Shown: positions 28,397 through 39,211, numbered from the stretch's first letter. The stretch is DNA of 64,000 nt from Vampirovibrionales bacterium (GCA_035285165.1 JAYKHP010000007.1:17380-81379), one strand, 5' to 3'. The notes: generated by a model from the sequence alone, not told the origin. Numbers and translations: made by a program.

Positions 28397-29527
28397 TTAT
28401 CGTGTTTCAAGCGTTGTATAGGGGCGGTTGCGATCGCCTTCGTATAGAACTTTCGGGCGAATCAGCTTGTTGTTGTCAAGCTGTTCAATCACATGGGCCG
28501 TCCAGCCCGCAACACGCGAGAGCGCGAAAATCGGGGTGTAGATTTCAATGGGCAGGCCCATCATGTAATATACGTAAGCCGTGGGGAAGTCGACGTTGGG
28601 CAGAATGTTCTTCTCGCGCTTAATCGTGCTTTCAACGATGGTGGCAATCTCGTGCCACTTGGTTTCACCCAGTTGCTGGGACATCTTGCCTGCCATTTCG
28701 CTCAGGATAAACGCCCTGGGGTCACCGGTCTTATAGGCGCGATGTCCAAAGCCCATGATTTTTTTCTTTTTTGCAAGCGCGTCCATAATGTAGGCTTCGG
28801 CTTTATCGGGCGAACCGATTTCAATCAGCATTTTCATCGCCTCCTCGTTGGCCCCCCCGTGAAGCGGGCCTTTGAGTGCGCCAATGGCCGAGACAACACC
28901 GGAATACATATCGGAAAGCGTCGAGGTCGTCACGCGTGCGGCAAACGTCGAGGCGTTAAACCCATGATCGGCGTAGCAAATCAGGGTGGCGTCAAACGTC
29001 TTGGCGAAATAAGGGTCGGGCTTTTTGCCCAGTAACGTGTATAAAAAATTCTCGGAATGATTGAGGCTATTGTCGGACTCAATCGGTTCCTGTCCCTGGT
29101 TGATCCGGTAGCTGTGGGTAATCAGCGCCGGGAATTTTGCGGTCAGACGAACGGCCTTGCGCACGTTTGCCTCATGGCTGTTGTCCGTCAATTCAGCATC
29201 ATAAAAGCAAAGCATCGCAACACCGGCGCGCAGCAAATCCATTGGATGAGCCCCTTGCTTGGGCAGCGTCCGAAAGGCATCGGTAATCTGCTGGGGAATG
29301 CCACGCTCTTTTTTTAGCGTGTCAGAGAATTCAGCCAACTGGGCTTTTGAAGGCAGTTCACCGTAAATCAGCAGGTAGGCGGTTTCTTCGTAAGTCGATT
29401 TGTCCACCAGGTCGCGGATGTCATAGCCGCGATACATCAGGCTGTTGATGTCTGAGTTGACGAAGGAGAGTTTTGTCTCGCCGGCGATGACGCCTTCAAG
29501 CCCCGGACTGTATGCGGCTGTTGTCAT
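28397..29527 (-). CDS. prpC: 2-methylcitrate synthase (citrate synthase family)
   Basis: 376 aa; citrate-synthase motifs (GYGHRVYK-type: GFGHRAYKTGDPR). Called prpC because of the adjacent prpB and prpD. Confidence 0.8.
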   Translation of the reverse strand: MTTAAYSPGLEGVIAGETKLSFVNSDINSLMYRGYDIRDLVDKSTYEETAYLLIYGELPSKAQLAEFSDTLKKERGIPQQITDAFRTLPKQGAHPMDLLRAGVAMLCFYDAELTDNSHEANVRKAVRLTAKFPALITHSYRINQGQEPIESDNSLNHSENFLYTLLGKKPDPYFAKTFDATLICYADHGFNASTFAARVTTSTLSDMYSGVVSAIGALKGPLHGGANEEAMKMLIEIGSPDKAEAYIMDALAKKKKIMGFGHRAYKTGDPRAFILSEMAGKMSQQLGETKWHEIATIVESTIKREKNILPNVDFPTAYVYYMMGLPIEIYTPIFALSRVAGWTAHVIEQLDNNKLIRPKVLYEGDRNRPYTTLETR

Positions 29528-29606
29528 ACGTGTTTCCCTTTTAAAGTTTTATAATGCAACCGAAATTGACTGTCTCACCACTTGCGATTCACTAAAAATT
29601 GGTCGG

Positions 29607-30527
29607 TTAAGTTTTTTTGGAGTACTGGGTGGCCAGACTGGCGTCAAGCGACTCGTAAGCCTGGTAATGGATCAGCTCGTACAGGGCCTCACGGCTTGTC
29701 ATGCGATCCAGGATCGATCGCTGGCTGCCCTCGCTCTTGAGCGTCCGGTACGTCTCGGCGACGGCGCCCATCATCATACGAAACGCGGTCATCGGGAAGA
29801 TAACCATATTATACCCAAAACGTTCAAATTCCTGAAGGTTGAACAGCGGCGTCTTGCCAAACTCGGTCATATTGGCCATCAAAAGACCGCTGACCTCCTT
29901 CCGATAGAGGAGGAACTCTTCCTCGCTTTCAAGCGCCTCGGCAAAAATCATGTCGGCCCCGGCGGACAGGTAGGCGTTGGCCCGTTCGATGGCATCAGCC
30001 AAGCCATAGACGGCCTTTGAATCAACCCGAGCTATCAGGAGAAAATCCGGGTTACTTCTGGCTTCTTTAGCGGCTGCGATTTTTTCGATCATCGCCTCGG
30101 TGGAGATGACCTGCTTGCCGTTCAAGTGCCCGCAGCGTTTGGGAATCAACTGATCCTCGATGTGGATGCCCGAGAGACCTTCTCGCTCGTATTGCTGAAC
30201 GGTTCGAAAAACGTTGATCGCTTCACCGTAGCCGTTATCACCGTCAGCAATGGCTGGAAGGCTTGTGGCTCTGGCTGTATAACCTGCCTGTGTGGCCATT
30301 TCACCCGCCGTCATAAAGCCGATGTCCGGATAGCCGCCCACGCCGTTGGCAATACCCGCGCCCGAAATGTAGAGCGCCTCGAATCCTTCGGCTTCGGCCA
30401 ATTTAGCGCTAATGGCATTAAACGCGCCGGGAAGCGCTACGGTTGCATGTTTTTTTAACAGATCGCGTAAGATTTTTGGTTTGTTGATGTTTTGCTTGGA
30501 AAGAAGCGCTTCTTGAGATGTTTCAGG
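29607..30527 (-). CDS. prpB: Methylisocitrate lyase (ICL/PEPM family)
   Basis: PEPM-family active-site region (IEDQ...KRCGH). Start placed at MPETSQ (30527); the track ORF start at 30569 would overlap prpD. Confidence 0.85.
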   Translation of the reverse strand, partial: PETSQEALLSKQNINKPKILRDLLKKHATVALPGAFNAISAKLAEAEGFEALYISGAGIANGVGGYPDIGFMTAGEMATQAGYTARATSLPAIADGDNGYGEAINVFRTVQQYEREGLSGIHIEDQLIPKRCGHLNGKQVISTEAMIEKIAAAKEARSNPDFLLIARVDSKAVYGLADAIERANAYLSAGADMIFAEALESEEEFLLYRKEVSGLLMANMTEFGKTPLFNLQEFERFGYNMVIFPMTAFRMMMGAVAETYRTLKSEGSQRSILDRMTSREALYELIHYQAYESLDASLATQYSKKT

Positions 30528-30549
30528 CATTGGGCATTTCCATTTTCTT

Positions 30550-31983
30550 TTATTGCTCATCAAGAACAAATAATTTTAGGATATCGCCGATATTTTGACA
30601 GTCCTCAATTTTCCACAAGGCATCCAACTGTTTCTGGATTTGCTTTTCATCGAACGCGCGCTTGGCAAGCGTTCTGAATTTATGCTCGATATCCGAATCC
30701 TGCATCGGATTTTTCGCATGGCCAAGCGGATAGGCGACCTCTTTTTCAAAGACCTTTCCATCGGCAAGCTTGATGACAATCAGGTTGGGGATGCCTTCGG
30801 GATAGCCTGCCGTCATTTTGGCGTTACGATTAACCTTTACTTTCTGGATCAGATCGACCAGGCGTGCATCCTGGATGCGTTCCTGGGTAAACGTATCCAG
30901 TGTGATCTCGCCATCCATCAGCGCTGCCGAAACGCAGTAGGGCATGCTGTGATCCGCCGTCTCCCGGCTTTGCGGTCGCCAATGCTCTTTGAAGCCCGCG
31001 ATGATATCGACTGCGGCGTCAAAACTTTCAATGGTGATCGACTCAATATGCTGGTCGATATCCTGCGGAGCCTTTACGCCAGTGTGCTTTACGATTTGAT
31101 CGCGCAGTTCAAAAGCCGCTTCGATTGCGCTCTGGCTGTGGTATTCGGCGGGGAAGTGCTTGACGTAGGTTTTGTTGATCATAAACGCTGCGCCGTTAAC
31201 GCCGCCCAATGTGGGCAGTTCAAATTCGCCTGAAATCTGTTTCCAAAAGCCCATTTCACCCTCGAAAATCTCGGAGGGGCCTGTCATGCCATGTTTTGCC
31301 AAAAGGGCCGCAAAAACGGCGTTGCGAGAGGCGTTGGCAAAGGCGCAACCTTTCCAGTTGGAGAGTTCACCGACTCTGGTCTGCCGCATCGCGTTATTGG
31401 GCGTGGCGGCAAGTCCTTGCACATGAACCAATTGCGTTTTGTCGAGACCATAAAGTTTTCCGCTGGCCAGTCCCGCGGAAAAAGACCCGTAGGTGACGTG
31501 ATCCCAGCCCCTGGCACGGATGCTGGCGGCGTCGCACAATCGGCACTGGATTTCGTAGGCCAGGACAATTGCGGTTAAGATATCTTTTCCGTTTTTACCT
31601 TCGGCTTCCGCCACGGCTAAAATAGCGGCAATGTTATCGCTTGGGTGGGCGGGCTCCAGGCTGAGATAGGTGTCGTTGAAGTCGAGGTAGCGAAACAGCA
31701 CGCCATTTGCGAAAGCGGCGTTTTCCACGCTGCTTTTGTGTTTCGTGAAAATAACCGTGGCGCCGTCTTTTGACTCACTCAGTCTGGCGACCGTTCTTGA
31801 AATCCTTGCCGGGTCGCTGTCCTTGGCGCCAATGGCGCAGCCGAGCGAATCGATAATCCTACGCTTGGCTTCTTGCAGGGCTTCCTTGGGAAGATTGTCA
31901 TAGCTCAGGCTGTCCGCGTACTCCGCCAGCCGGTGGGCCAATAACGTCTGTTTGCCGGTTTGGGTTGTTTGTGTCGCTGCCAC
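30550..31983 (-). CDS. prpD: 2-methylcitrate dehydratase (MmgE/PrpD family)
   Basis: MmgE/PrpD fold across ~478 aa. A GTG start at 31983 with GAGGG 10 nt upstream fits better than the track ORF start at 32166, which adds a 60-aa basic leader. Confidence 0.8.
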   Translation of the reverse strand: MAATQTTQTGKQTLLAHRLAEYADSLSYDNLPKEALQEAKRRIIDSLGCAIGAKDSDPARISRTVARLSESKDGATVIFTKHKSSVENAAFANGVLFRYLDFNDTYLSLEPAHPSDNIAAILAVAEAEGKNGKDILTAIVLAYEIQCRLCDAASIRARGWDHVTYGSFSAGLASGKLYGLDKTQLVHVQGLAATPNNAMRQTRVGELSNWKGCAFANASRNAVFAALLAKHGMTGPSEIFEGEMGFWKQISGEFELPTLGGVNGAAFMINKTYVKHFPAEYHSQSAIEAAFELRDQIVKHTGVKAPQDIDQHIESITIESFDAAVDIIAGFKEHWRPQSRETADHSMPYCVSAALMDGEITLDTFTQERIQDARLVDLIQKVKVNRNAKMTAGYPEGIPNLIVIKLADGKVFEKEVAYPLGHAKNPMQDSDIEHKFRTLAKRAFDEKQIQKQLDALWKIEDCQNIGDILKLFVLDEQ

Positions 31984-32317
31984 GATATTAAAGCCCTCGT
32001 TCAAAATCAACGGTGATGCAAAACAGGCTTGGGTGCCTGAAACAGGATGCTTTTTATGCGTATGCCCTTTCGGGGTGTCGTTATTTACTCTACTAGAATT
32101 CCCGCCCCCCAGCAATAGCGCCGGGTGCTTCCTACTTGGTGCTTCCTTGCGGGTAATTCCTGACAATGCAAAAGATCGCTCCCTCAGTAGGATGAAGCGG
32201 CTTGTTTTTTTAAGTTGTTTTCCGCCCTCCCCATCGCTACAATATCAGCCAGGGTCATTCATCTTGTTATGGACGGGTTTCTCATATTAAGCCAAGCAAA
32301 TATAAGGTAGTTGCGCC

Positions 32318-34522
32318 ATGCAGGCAGGCGGATTCGCTCAATCGTTACCAATTTTCTCTGCTTCATCAGCTTTTCCGGTTTTGAATCGATTTTCATCGGC
32401 AGGAGACAGCCCTCGTTTTGGGGCCGCCTCCACTGATTCTGTTGCTTTGAAAACAACGCCCCGAAATACTCAGGGCGCTCCTTACCTGAAACTGCGCCCC
32501 TCCAAGAGTCAGGAACGGTTTGACCTCATTGTGATTGGCGGCGGTATCAACGGGACAGGCATTGCCCGTGATGCGGCATTGCGCGGCTTGAAAGTTCTTG
32601 TGGTGGAAAAAGACGACCTGGGTTCGGGAACCTCCTCTGCCTCTACCCGGCTTGCCCATGGGGGACTGCGCTATCTCAAGAGCCTGGAAGAAGCTGTCGA
32701 TGATATCGTGCAATACGCCGCAAAAGAACGACACCCGCTTCGCATTGCTTCATTTATCAAGCAGCGATTGTCCCAGACGGATGTGCAACTGGTGTGGGAA
32801 TCAGTCAACGAACGCGAGCGCCTGCTGAGAAACGCGCCGCATCTTGTGAAGGAAATGCGCTTTGCAATTCCGGTTTACAAGCCCGGGGAGAATGCGCCCG
32901 AGGCGGTGCGAAAAAATTACGACTCCTTTTGGAAAATCGCCCTTGGGTTGAAGTTGTATGATTCCTTCTTCTTGGGAAAAACCGTCGAAAATTCCGATGT
33001 CCACCCTTTGGCCTGGCTGTTGGGCCGCTCAAACAAGACCTTCAGCAGGCAGTTCCCCAGTATCAGCGCGGACGGGCTTGAAGGCGGCGTGACGTATTCT
33101 GATGCGCAAATTGTTTTGCCTGAGCGAATTTGCGTTGAAAATGCCGTTTCGGCCCTTGAGACGCACAACGCGCAATTGATGACGCATGGGGAAGTCTGGA
33201 AACTGTTAACCGAGGATTGTGTCGGCAGTGGCGCGGACAAGGTCTGCCATCCGGGATCCGGAGCGAAATCCCATGTGAGCGGGGTGGCTTTTAAAGATAC
33301 GCTGAGCGGTGAAGAATACCGTGCCGAGGGAAAAGTGATCGTCAATGCCGCCGGGCCCTGGGTGGATGAAATAGCCAAATTGACTGGCGGTAAGGCCCTG
33401 GGAAAGGGCCACGAGATGCTGGGCGGTACCAAGGGGACGCACCTGGTGGTTAAAGGCTTTCCCGGCGCCCCGGATGCGTCAGTTTATGTTCAGGACAGTA
33501 AGAGCGGCAGACCGTTCTTTATTATTCCCTGGCAGGTCAAATACAACCGGGAGGGTGCCGTGGACAAGAGCGAAACGCTCTATTTGATTGGCACCACGGA
33601 TGATAAGTATACGGGCAGCCTGGATGATGTCCATCCTGTTCAGTCTGAAATCCAATACCTGCTTGAAGAAACCAATCTCGTTCTTCCAGAGGCGCGTCTT
33701 AAACAGAATGACGTTCTGTACGCTTATGCGGGCGTCCGTCCATTGGTCAAATCGAACCAGGACGTTGAGGGCAAGATGTCTCGCAAACACTACGTGGCCG
33801 ATCACGGCCAGGCCAGGCCCTATGCCGAATACAAGGGCCCCCATGGCGAAGCGGAAGTCCCCGCCGAAGATCGCCTGCCGGGCTTTATGTCGGTTATTGG
33901 CGGCAAGTTGACTGTTTATCGCGCGCTTTCGGAAGATACGGTTGATACGGCGGTCAGGAACTACGGTTTGCGGCTGGAGGATGGAACGCTGCCCAAGAAG
34001 GGCGCGACGAAGCGAACGCCTCTGCCTGGCTCTGAAGGGATTGTAAGTCCCAAGGGAAAAAAGCCCAAGGGAAAAAAGCAGGATGCGCAGTTTAAACGCT
34101 ATATCGAAGAGAACCTGGATGAGGCGGTCTCCAATTATATGCTGCCGCGTGATACGGCCCGCGCGCTGATGAATTTTTACGGCATTCGCTATCGCCAGGT
34201 ATTGGATTTGACGTTTGATAACAGTGAACTGAAAGAGCCGCTTGTGGTAGGTTCACCCAGAATCAAGGCCCAGGTGGCGCATTCGATTCTCAATGAACAC
34301 GCCTATACCCTGATGGATATCATGCGGCGGATGGGGGCCAACTGGTCTGCCGATAACGGTCTGTCGGAAATCGAATCGGTGGCTGAAGTCGCTTGTCGCT
34401 ACCTGAATTGGGATAGCGTGCGCCGCGATGAGGAAGTGGCCAAGTACCGGGCGTATGTGGATCATTTTTACCGCGCCTACCAGAAAACCTCCGCTCGCAA
34501 TGACATAACGCCAGCCTCTTGA
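32318..34522 (+). CDS. FAD-dependent glycerol-3-phosphate dehydrogenase family oxidoreductase (GlpD/GlpA-like), unusually long
   Basis: The DLIVIGGGINGTGIARDAALRGL dinucleotide-binding motif and SSASTRLAHGGLRYL are GlpD hallmarks. At 734 aa it has an N-terminal 60-aa leader and internal insertions. Confidence 0.75.
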   Translation: MQAGGFAQSLPIFSASSAFPVLNRFSSAGDSPRFGAASTDSVALKTTPRNTQGAPYLKLRPSKSQERFDLIVIGGGINGTGIARDAALRGLKVLVVEKDDLGSGTSSASTRLAHGGLRYLKSLEEAVDDIVQYAAKERHPLRIASFIKQRLSQTDVQLVWESVNERERLLRNAPHLVKEMRFAIPVYKPGENAPEAVRKNYDSFWKIALGLKLYDSFFLGKTVENSDVHPLAWLLGRSNKTFSRQFPSISADGLEGGVTYSDAQIVLPERICVENAVSALETHNAQLMTHGEVWKLLTEDCVGSGADKVCHPGSGAKSHVSGVAFKDTLSGEEYRAEGKVIVNAAGPWVDEIAKLTGGKALGKGHEMLGGTKGTHLVVKGFPGAPDASVYVQDSKSGRPFFIIPWQVKYNREGAVDKSETLYLIGTTDDKYTGSLDDVHPVQSEIQYLLEETNLVLPEARLKQNDVLYAYAGVRPLVKSNQDVEGKMSRKHYVADHGQARPYAEYKGPHGEAEVPAEDRLPGFMSVIGGKLTVYRALSEDTVDTAVRNYGLRLEDGTLPKKGATKRTPLPGSEGIVSPKGKKPKGKKQDAQFKRYIEENLDEAVSNYMLPRDTARALMNFYGIRYRQVLDLTFDNSELKEPLVVGSPRIKAQVAHSILNEHAYTLMDIMRRMGANWSADNGLSEIESVAEVACRYLNWDSVRRDEEVAKYRAYVDHFYRAYQKTSARNDITPAS

Positions 34523-34626
34523 TGGGCTCGCCACGCTTATGAATTAAATTAGATTATTGAATGTTATGCCTCTGGTGTATGATAAACGGGTCAAATGGCC
34601 ATTAGAATATAGCAGGGGCAATCTGA

Positions 34627-36288
34627 ATGGATATCCTGAACTTGGGGCTTGCGTTCCTTGAGGGCATGGCGCTGATCGCTTCTCCTTGCGTGCTGCCAAT
34701 CCTGCCCATCGTGCTTTCTGCAGGGCTTGATAGCGGTAAGTGGCGTCCCTATGGCTTAATAACAGGCTTTATTTTTTCTTTCTGGACGTTTACGCTTTTA
34801 TCAAGAAAACTGGTGAGCGTTCTGGGTGTAGATCCTGGTCTTATTCGGAATATTTCCTTTGCCGTTCTGTTCATCTTCGGCCTGGTTCTCTGTTCGGAAT
34901 TCTTGTCAGAAAAATTCACTGCCCTCAGCGAGCGTCTTGTTCGCATGGGCCAGTCGCTCAGCAGCCAATTATCGGCGAGAGAATCAGAATCCAAGCGATC
35001 GGGATTTTTTAGCGGCTTCTTGCTGGGCATTTTTATCGGATTAATCTGGAGTCCTTGCGTGGGCCCCATTATCGCGATTGTTCTGGTACAGGTGATTCGC
35101 CAGGAAACCGACCTGGCCTCGGCGCTTTTACTGGCGGCATTCAGTATCGGGGTCAGTGTTCCCATGTTGTTAATTACCCTGGGAGGGAAAAAGGTGATGG
35201 CGAAATTGGATTTCTTCAAGCGTAAAGGCGCGCTTGTCCGTAAAATACTGGGCATTATCATTCTTGTGACGGTTCTGCTAACGGCGGGAAGCGAGTGGTT
35301 CAACCTAACGCCTCCGTCTTTTGCCGCTAGTCCAAATATTAAAATACTGGATGGCCTGGCAAACCCTTCCCCGGCCCCTGAATTTAAAGGGATTTCCGCC
35401 TGGATAAACAGCAAGCCGCTCACGATGGCACAGCTTAAGGGCAAAGTCGTACTGGTGGATTTCTGGACGTATTCCTGCGTGAACTGTATTCGCACGTTGC
35501 CGCACATTACGGCCTGGGACAAAAAATACCGTGGCAAAGGGCTGGTGATTGTCGGCGTGCATTCCCCGGAATTTGAGTTTGAGAAAAAATTGTCCAACGT
35601 GCAGATGGCCGTTAAAAAATACGGCATCCAGTATCCCGTGGCGCTGGATAATAACCTGGATACTTTTACCGGTTTTGAAAACCGCTACTGGCCTGCACAT
35701 TACCTGATTGATAAAAACGGCAGAATCGTTTATACCCATTTTGGCGAAGGCAAGTATGACGTTACTGAAAGCAATATTCGCGCCTTTTTGGGAATTGCCG
35801 GCGCCGCCGCTCCCGATACCAACGCCCGTGGTTTTGGCGCTTATGATCAAACCCCCGAAACGTATCTTGGGTATGCCCGCGCCGAGCATTTCGACAGTCC
35901 TGAGGGGTTGCAGAAAAACACGACTGCCACGTACACTTTTCCCAAAACCTCGCCGATGCATGCCTGGTCACTGTCCGGAAAATGGGCCGTGGGCGCCGAG
36001 AAAATTAGCTCGCGCGAGAAGGGGGCTTCCTTAAGGCTGCGTTTTACGGCGAAAAAAGTCTTTCTGGTGTTGGGAAGCGATCGCGGCCAGCCTGTCCAAG
36101 TCTCGCTGTGGCTGAATGGCAAACTGTTAAAAAATAATGCCGGTAAGGACATCAGCCATAATCGCCTGAGCGTTAAGGAGCATCGCCTGTACGAGCTGGT
36201 GAATCAGGAAACAAGTAAGCCCGGCTGGCTTGAAATCAGAAGCCACGAGCCCGGCCTGTCGGCTTACGCTTTTACGTTTGGATCTTAA
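34627..36288 (+). CDS. DipZ-like thiol:disulfide interchange protein: a CcdA/DsbD transmembrane domain, a thioredoxin domain and a C-terminal beta-rich (CBM-like) domain
   Basis: CcdA cysteines (SPCVLP in TM1 and WSPCVGP), a Trx motif WTYSCVNC, and a further ~170 aa C-terminal domain. Confidence 0.8.
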   Translation: MDILNLGLAFLEGMALIASPCVLPILPIVLSAGLDSGKWRPYGLITGFIFSFWTFTLLSRKLVSVLGVDPGLIRNISFAVLFIFGLVLCSEFLSEKFTALSERLVRMGQSLSSQLSARESESKRSGFFSGFLLGIFIGLIWSPCVGPIIAIVLVQVIRQETDLASALLLAAFSIGVSVPMLLITLGGKKVMAKLDFFKRKGALVRKILGIIILVTVLLTAGSEWFNLTPPSFAASPNIKILDGLANPSPAPEFKGISAWINSKPLTMAQLKGKVVLVDFWTYSCVNCIRTLPHITAWDKKYRGKGLVIVGVHSPEFEFEKKLSNVQMAVKKYGIQYPVALDNNLDTFTGFENRYWPAHYLIDKNGRIVYTHFGEGKYDVTESNIRAFLGIAGAAAPDTNARGFGAYDQTPETYLGYARAEHFDSPEGLQKNTTATYTFPKTSPMHAWSLSGKWAVGAEKISSREKGASLRLRFTAKKVFLVLGSDRGQPVQVSLWLNGKLLKNNAGKDISHNRLSVKEHRLYELVNQETSKPGWLEIRSHEPGLSAYAFTFGS

Positions 36289-36322
36289 TTCCGCAAGGCG
36301 GATCTTCCCAAAGGCCGATCTT

Positions 36323-36886
36323 ATGAAAAACAAGAAACTTTATATGTTTCTGGTGGCGGTTACAACGCTGGTGTCGCTAACTTTTTTGTTCGGCTGTAGT
36401 CCCGTCAGCTCCGCCCCCGCCAGCGCCCCTAAACAAAAAGCGGTTCGAGAATATTTTGCAGGAGAACAGTTTATGATTGAAAAAGATCATACCCAGAAAA
36501 GCGATGCCGAATGGCGGGAACAACTTACGCCGGAGCAATACGAGGTGCTGCGAAACCATGGCACCGAACGCCCTTTTTCAGGCCAGTATGACCATTTCTA
36601 CAAGCCAGGACGCTATGTTTGCGCCGCTTGTGGCCACACGCTTTTTTATTCCGATACGAAATTCGATTCAAAATCCGGTTGGCCAAGTTTTTACTCGCCG
36701 GCAGACAAGGCGGCCGTTGGCGAAAGTAAGGACAGTTCGCTTGGGATGGTGAGAACGGAATTTCATTGCGCCAAATGCGGCGGGCACCTGGGCCATGTGT
36801 TCCCCGATGGCCCCGCGCCGAGTGGGCTTCGCTATTGCACGAATTCCGTTTCGCTGAAATTTGTTCCCGAATCCGACCAGCAATAG
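36323..36886 (+). CDS. msrB: Peptide-methionine (R)-S-oxide reductase MsrB, lipoprotein form
   Basis: Lipobox LFGCS; the SelR/MsrB motifs [30 protein letters not shown] and RYCTNS. ATG at 36323 within track ORF 36230-36886. Confidence 0.85.
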   Translation: MKNKKLYMFLVAVTTLVSLTFLFGCSPVSSAPASAPKQKAVREYFAGEQFMIEKDHTQKSDAEWREQLTPEQYEVLRNHGTERPFSGQYDHFYKPGRYVCAACGHTLFYSDTKFDSKSGWPSFYSPADKAAVGESKDSSLGMVRTEFHCAKCGGHLGHVFPDGPAPSGLRYCTNSVSLKFVPESDQQ

Positions 36887-36897
36887 AATGCAAGCTA

Positions 36898-37941
36898 TCA
36901 GCTTCTGCAATTGCCGGGATTCAGCCAGCGGTGCTTCAGCTTTTCCAAAGTCCCATCTTTTTTAAAGCGTGCCAGAATCCGGTTGACGCTTTTCTGAAGG
37001 GATTTTGAATCCGGCCTCTGTCCGCTTTTCCTGAAGGCAAGTCCATAGGATTCATCAGAAAGCGCGTAAGGCAGCATGCGGAATTTTTTCTGAAGGTCGC
37101 AATGGTTTTGAAGCAACCCTGACAGCAGTACATCATCATTGCTTAACGCGTCCCCTTCGCCAGTCTGCAAACCCGCAAAGGCTTCGTTGAGAGTCGCGTA
37201 ACCTTTTATCCTGGCGCTTGGAAACAGCATCTGGATTCTTGCCTGAGTGGTCGAGCCGTTCACCGTCAGGATGGTTTTACCGGATAGGGCGTTTCTCAGT
37301 TTTCCAATGGGCCCAGTCACTTCAATCAGCAGGCTCTCTTTGGGCACCAGCATTTTCTGGTGGACTTCAAAATAAGGGACGCTGAAATCAACGCGCTGCC
37401 TTCGGGCCTCTGTAATGCTCATCGCAGCGGCGATCAGATCGACCGACTGTGTGTTTAAAGCGACAAGACGGGTGCTGGTGAGAACCTGGCGAAAACGGAT
37501 GGGGTGCTTACCCTCCGGCAACAGGGCGGCGGCGATGGCTTGGCTTAGATCGACATCAAAACCTTCAGCGCGATAGGATGCGTTGGCCTCAGACGTTGAA
37601 TGCTTTGTCAGACTGCCGAAGGGCGGGTTGTTATAGTTGATGCCCACCCGTAAATAACCGCGCTTTTGAATGTGACCCAACAGCACATCATCGCCTTGGC
37701 TATTATCACCAAACTTACAGCCAGGGCAGCCAAGGCTTGTAATGATGACAAGCGCCAATAGCGACCGGTAATGGGGCGAAGCCTGCCACTTTCCGGCGTG
37801 ATATCGGGCGTAATATCGAATGTGATGAACGATGTTTTCCCACATGGGTTTATTGTAAATCCGAGCGGCGTTGAACACGCGCGCATTTATTTTGTTTTGC
37901 CAGAATCTCGACCAAACAAGGGGCTTTTTTCTTGCAAACAT
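36898..37941 (-). CDS. Periplasmic solute-binding protein, family 3 (amino-acid ABC-type SBP), orphan
   Basis: SBP_bac_3-like fold (GYLRVGINYNNPPFG...DVDLSQAIAAAL...DLIAAAMSITEARR) with a lipoprotein-like LGCPGC. Start uncertain. Confidence 0.65.
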   Translation of the reverse strand: MFARKKPLVWSRFWQNKINARVFNAARIYNKPMWENIVHHIRYYARYHAGKWQASPHYRSLLALVIITSLGCPGCKFGDNSQGDDVLLGHIQKRGYLRVGINYNNPPFGSLTKHSTSEANASYRAEGFDVDLSQAIAAALLPEGKHPIRFRQVLTSTRLVALNTQSVDLIAAAMSITEARRQRVDFSVPYFEVHQKMLVPKESLLIEVTGPIGKLRNALSGKTILTVNGSTTQARIQMLFPSARIKGYATLNEAFAGLQTGEGDALSNDDVLLSGLLQNHCDLQKKFRMLPYALSDESYGLAFRKSGQRPDSKSLQKSVNRILARFKKDGTLEKLKHRWLNPGNCRS

Positions 37942-38044
37942 GCCGGAAATAGCTTGCGTTATCTAAATAAGGCTTAAAATAGCAGGTAAACCTGAAACCG
38001 CTTAACTTGCGATATCCCAGCCAATAATCCCAAAGAGAGCGCTG

Positions 38045-39211
38045 ATGTCACAAATCGGTCCTGGCGGCTCCTTCCAGAAACCGTTTCAGACCAACACAGG
38101 CCAATCACAAACCGGCCAGTCCAGAACCGGCGGGAATTTTTCGTCTGCTCAAAACCAGAACGCCAGCGCCGCTTCATCCGGCAATGCCAATACGCTCCCA
38201 GGTCAACTGCCCTCGCTTAATCCTTCCCAGCTGGCGGGGTTGTTGGGGCAATTGCTCTTATCGCCTGCTGCTGCCCAGAACGCCTCGTTAAGCTCGCTGC
38301 AATTGAGCCTACTGTTGCGCAGTCTCTTTCAATTGCCTTCAGAGCTTCAGCAGTTCCTGGCGCAAGTGGTTACTGGCCAGACCGGCACTGAAGAACAACA
38401 ACAATTGTTGCGCCAGCTTTTGCAGGAGAATCCCGGCCTGCCCTTAAACCTGGAAGATCTCCAGTCGCTCTTGCAACAGGCAATTTCAAAAAATGACAAG
38501 AAGCTTTTGCAGTTGCTGCAAAGCAGTAACCAGGCGCAGGCGGTTAACAGTCAGGCAAGCGCCAACTGGGGTGAACTGCTTGGGGTCATTTCCCAGCTAA
38601 AAGCTCAGGTTGGCAGTACTCCCCTGCAATCGCTCAATACCACTTTCCTGCTTTACCTGCCGTGGTATCCGCTGGCCGCCCAGCAGAAGCTGACATTGCA
38701 TTTTGAGGCGCCTAAAAATAAGGATAAAGACGGGGGCGAAGGTGAAGGGGCCGATGCTTCGCAAGCCGACCAGTCGCATCTGGTGATGCTGATTGACACC
38801 AATTGTCTGGGGCGCTTTAAGATATTGACGCTACGACTGGATCGGACGCAACTGATGTTCCACGTCGAATACGATGCCTCCGCGCTGTCGGTTATCCCCT
38901 CGTTGGAACACAGGGTTTCACAGGCATTGACCAAGGCGGGACTGCCGCTGCCCGAGTTTGAATGGAAGCAGCGCGGTGTTTCCAGGCATCTTTTTGATGA
39001 CAGCACGCAGCCCCTTACCAGCGCCCAAAGCCAAGCGACTGACGCAGCCCCTCCCCTTGGTGAATCTGACAGCCAAGAGAGAGAAGACAAGCAGGCCGTG
39101 GCTGTCCATAATGTGGGACAGGTTCCTGTCATTGTTGTTCAGGGAGCGTACTGGGTGGCCCGCTTGGTGTTTGAACTGGATAACCAGCAATTGGAAGAGC
39201 CTAGCGCTTAG
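38045..39211 (+). CDS. Q/L-rich low-complexity protein whose C-terminal region weakly resembles the flagellar hook-length control (FliK C-terminal) fold
   Basis: 388 aa with LQ/QQ repeats. The C-terminal segment LTLHFEAP...LGRFKILTLRLDRTQLMFHVEYDASALSVIPSLEHRVSQALTKAGLPLPEFEW is Flg_hook-like. Confidence 0.35.
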   Translation: MSQIGPGGSFQKPFQTNTGQSQTGQSRTGGNFSSAQNQNASAASSGNANTLPGQLPSLNPSQLAGLLGQLLLSPAAAQNASLSSLQLSLLLRSLFQLPSELQQFLAQVVTGQTGTEEQQQLLRQLLQENPGLPLNLEDLQSLLQQAISKNDKKLLQLLQSSNQAQAVNSQASANWGELLGVISQLKAQVGSTPLQSLNTTFLLYLPWYPLAAQQKLTLHFEAPKNKDKDGGEGEGADASQADQSHLVMLIDTNCLGRFKILTLRLDRTQLMFHVEYDASALSVIPSLEHRVSQALTKAGLPLPEFEWKQRGVSRHLFDDSTQPLTSAQSQATDAAPPLGESDSQEREDKQAVAVHNVGQVPVIVVQGAYWVARLVFELDNQQLEEPSA

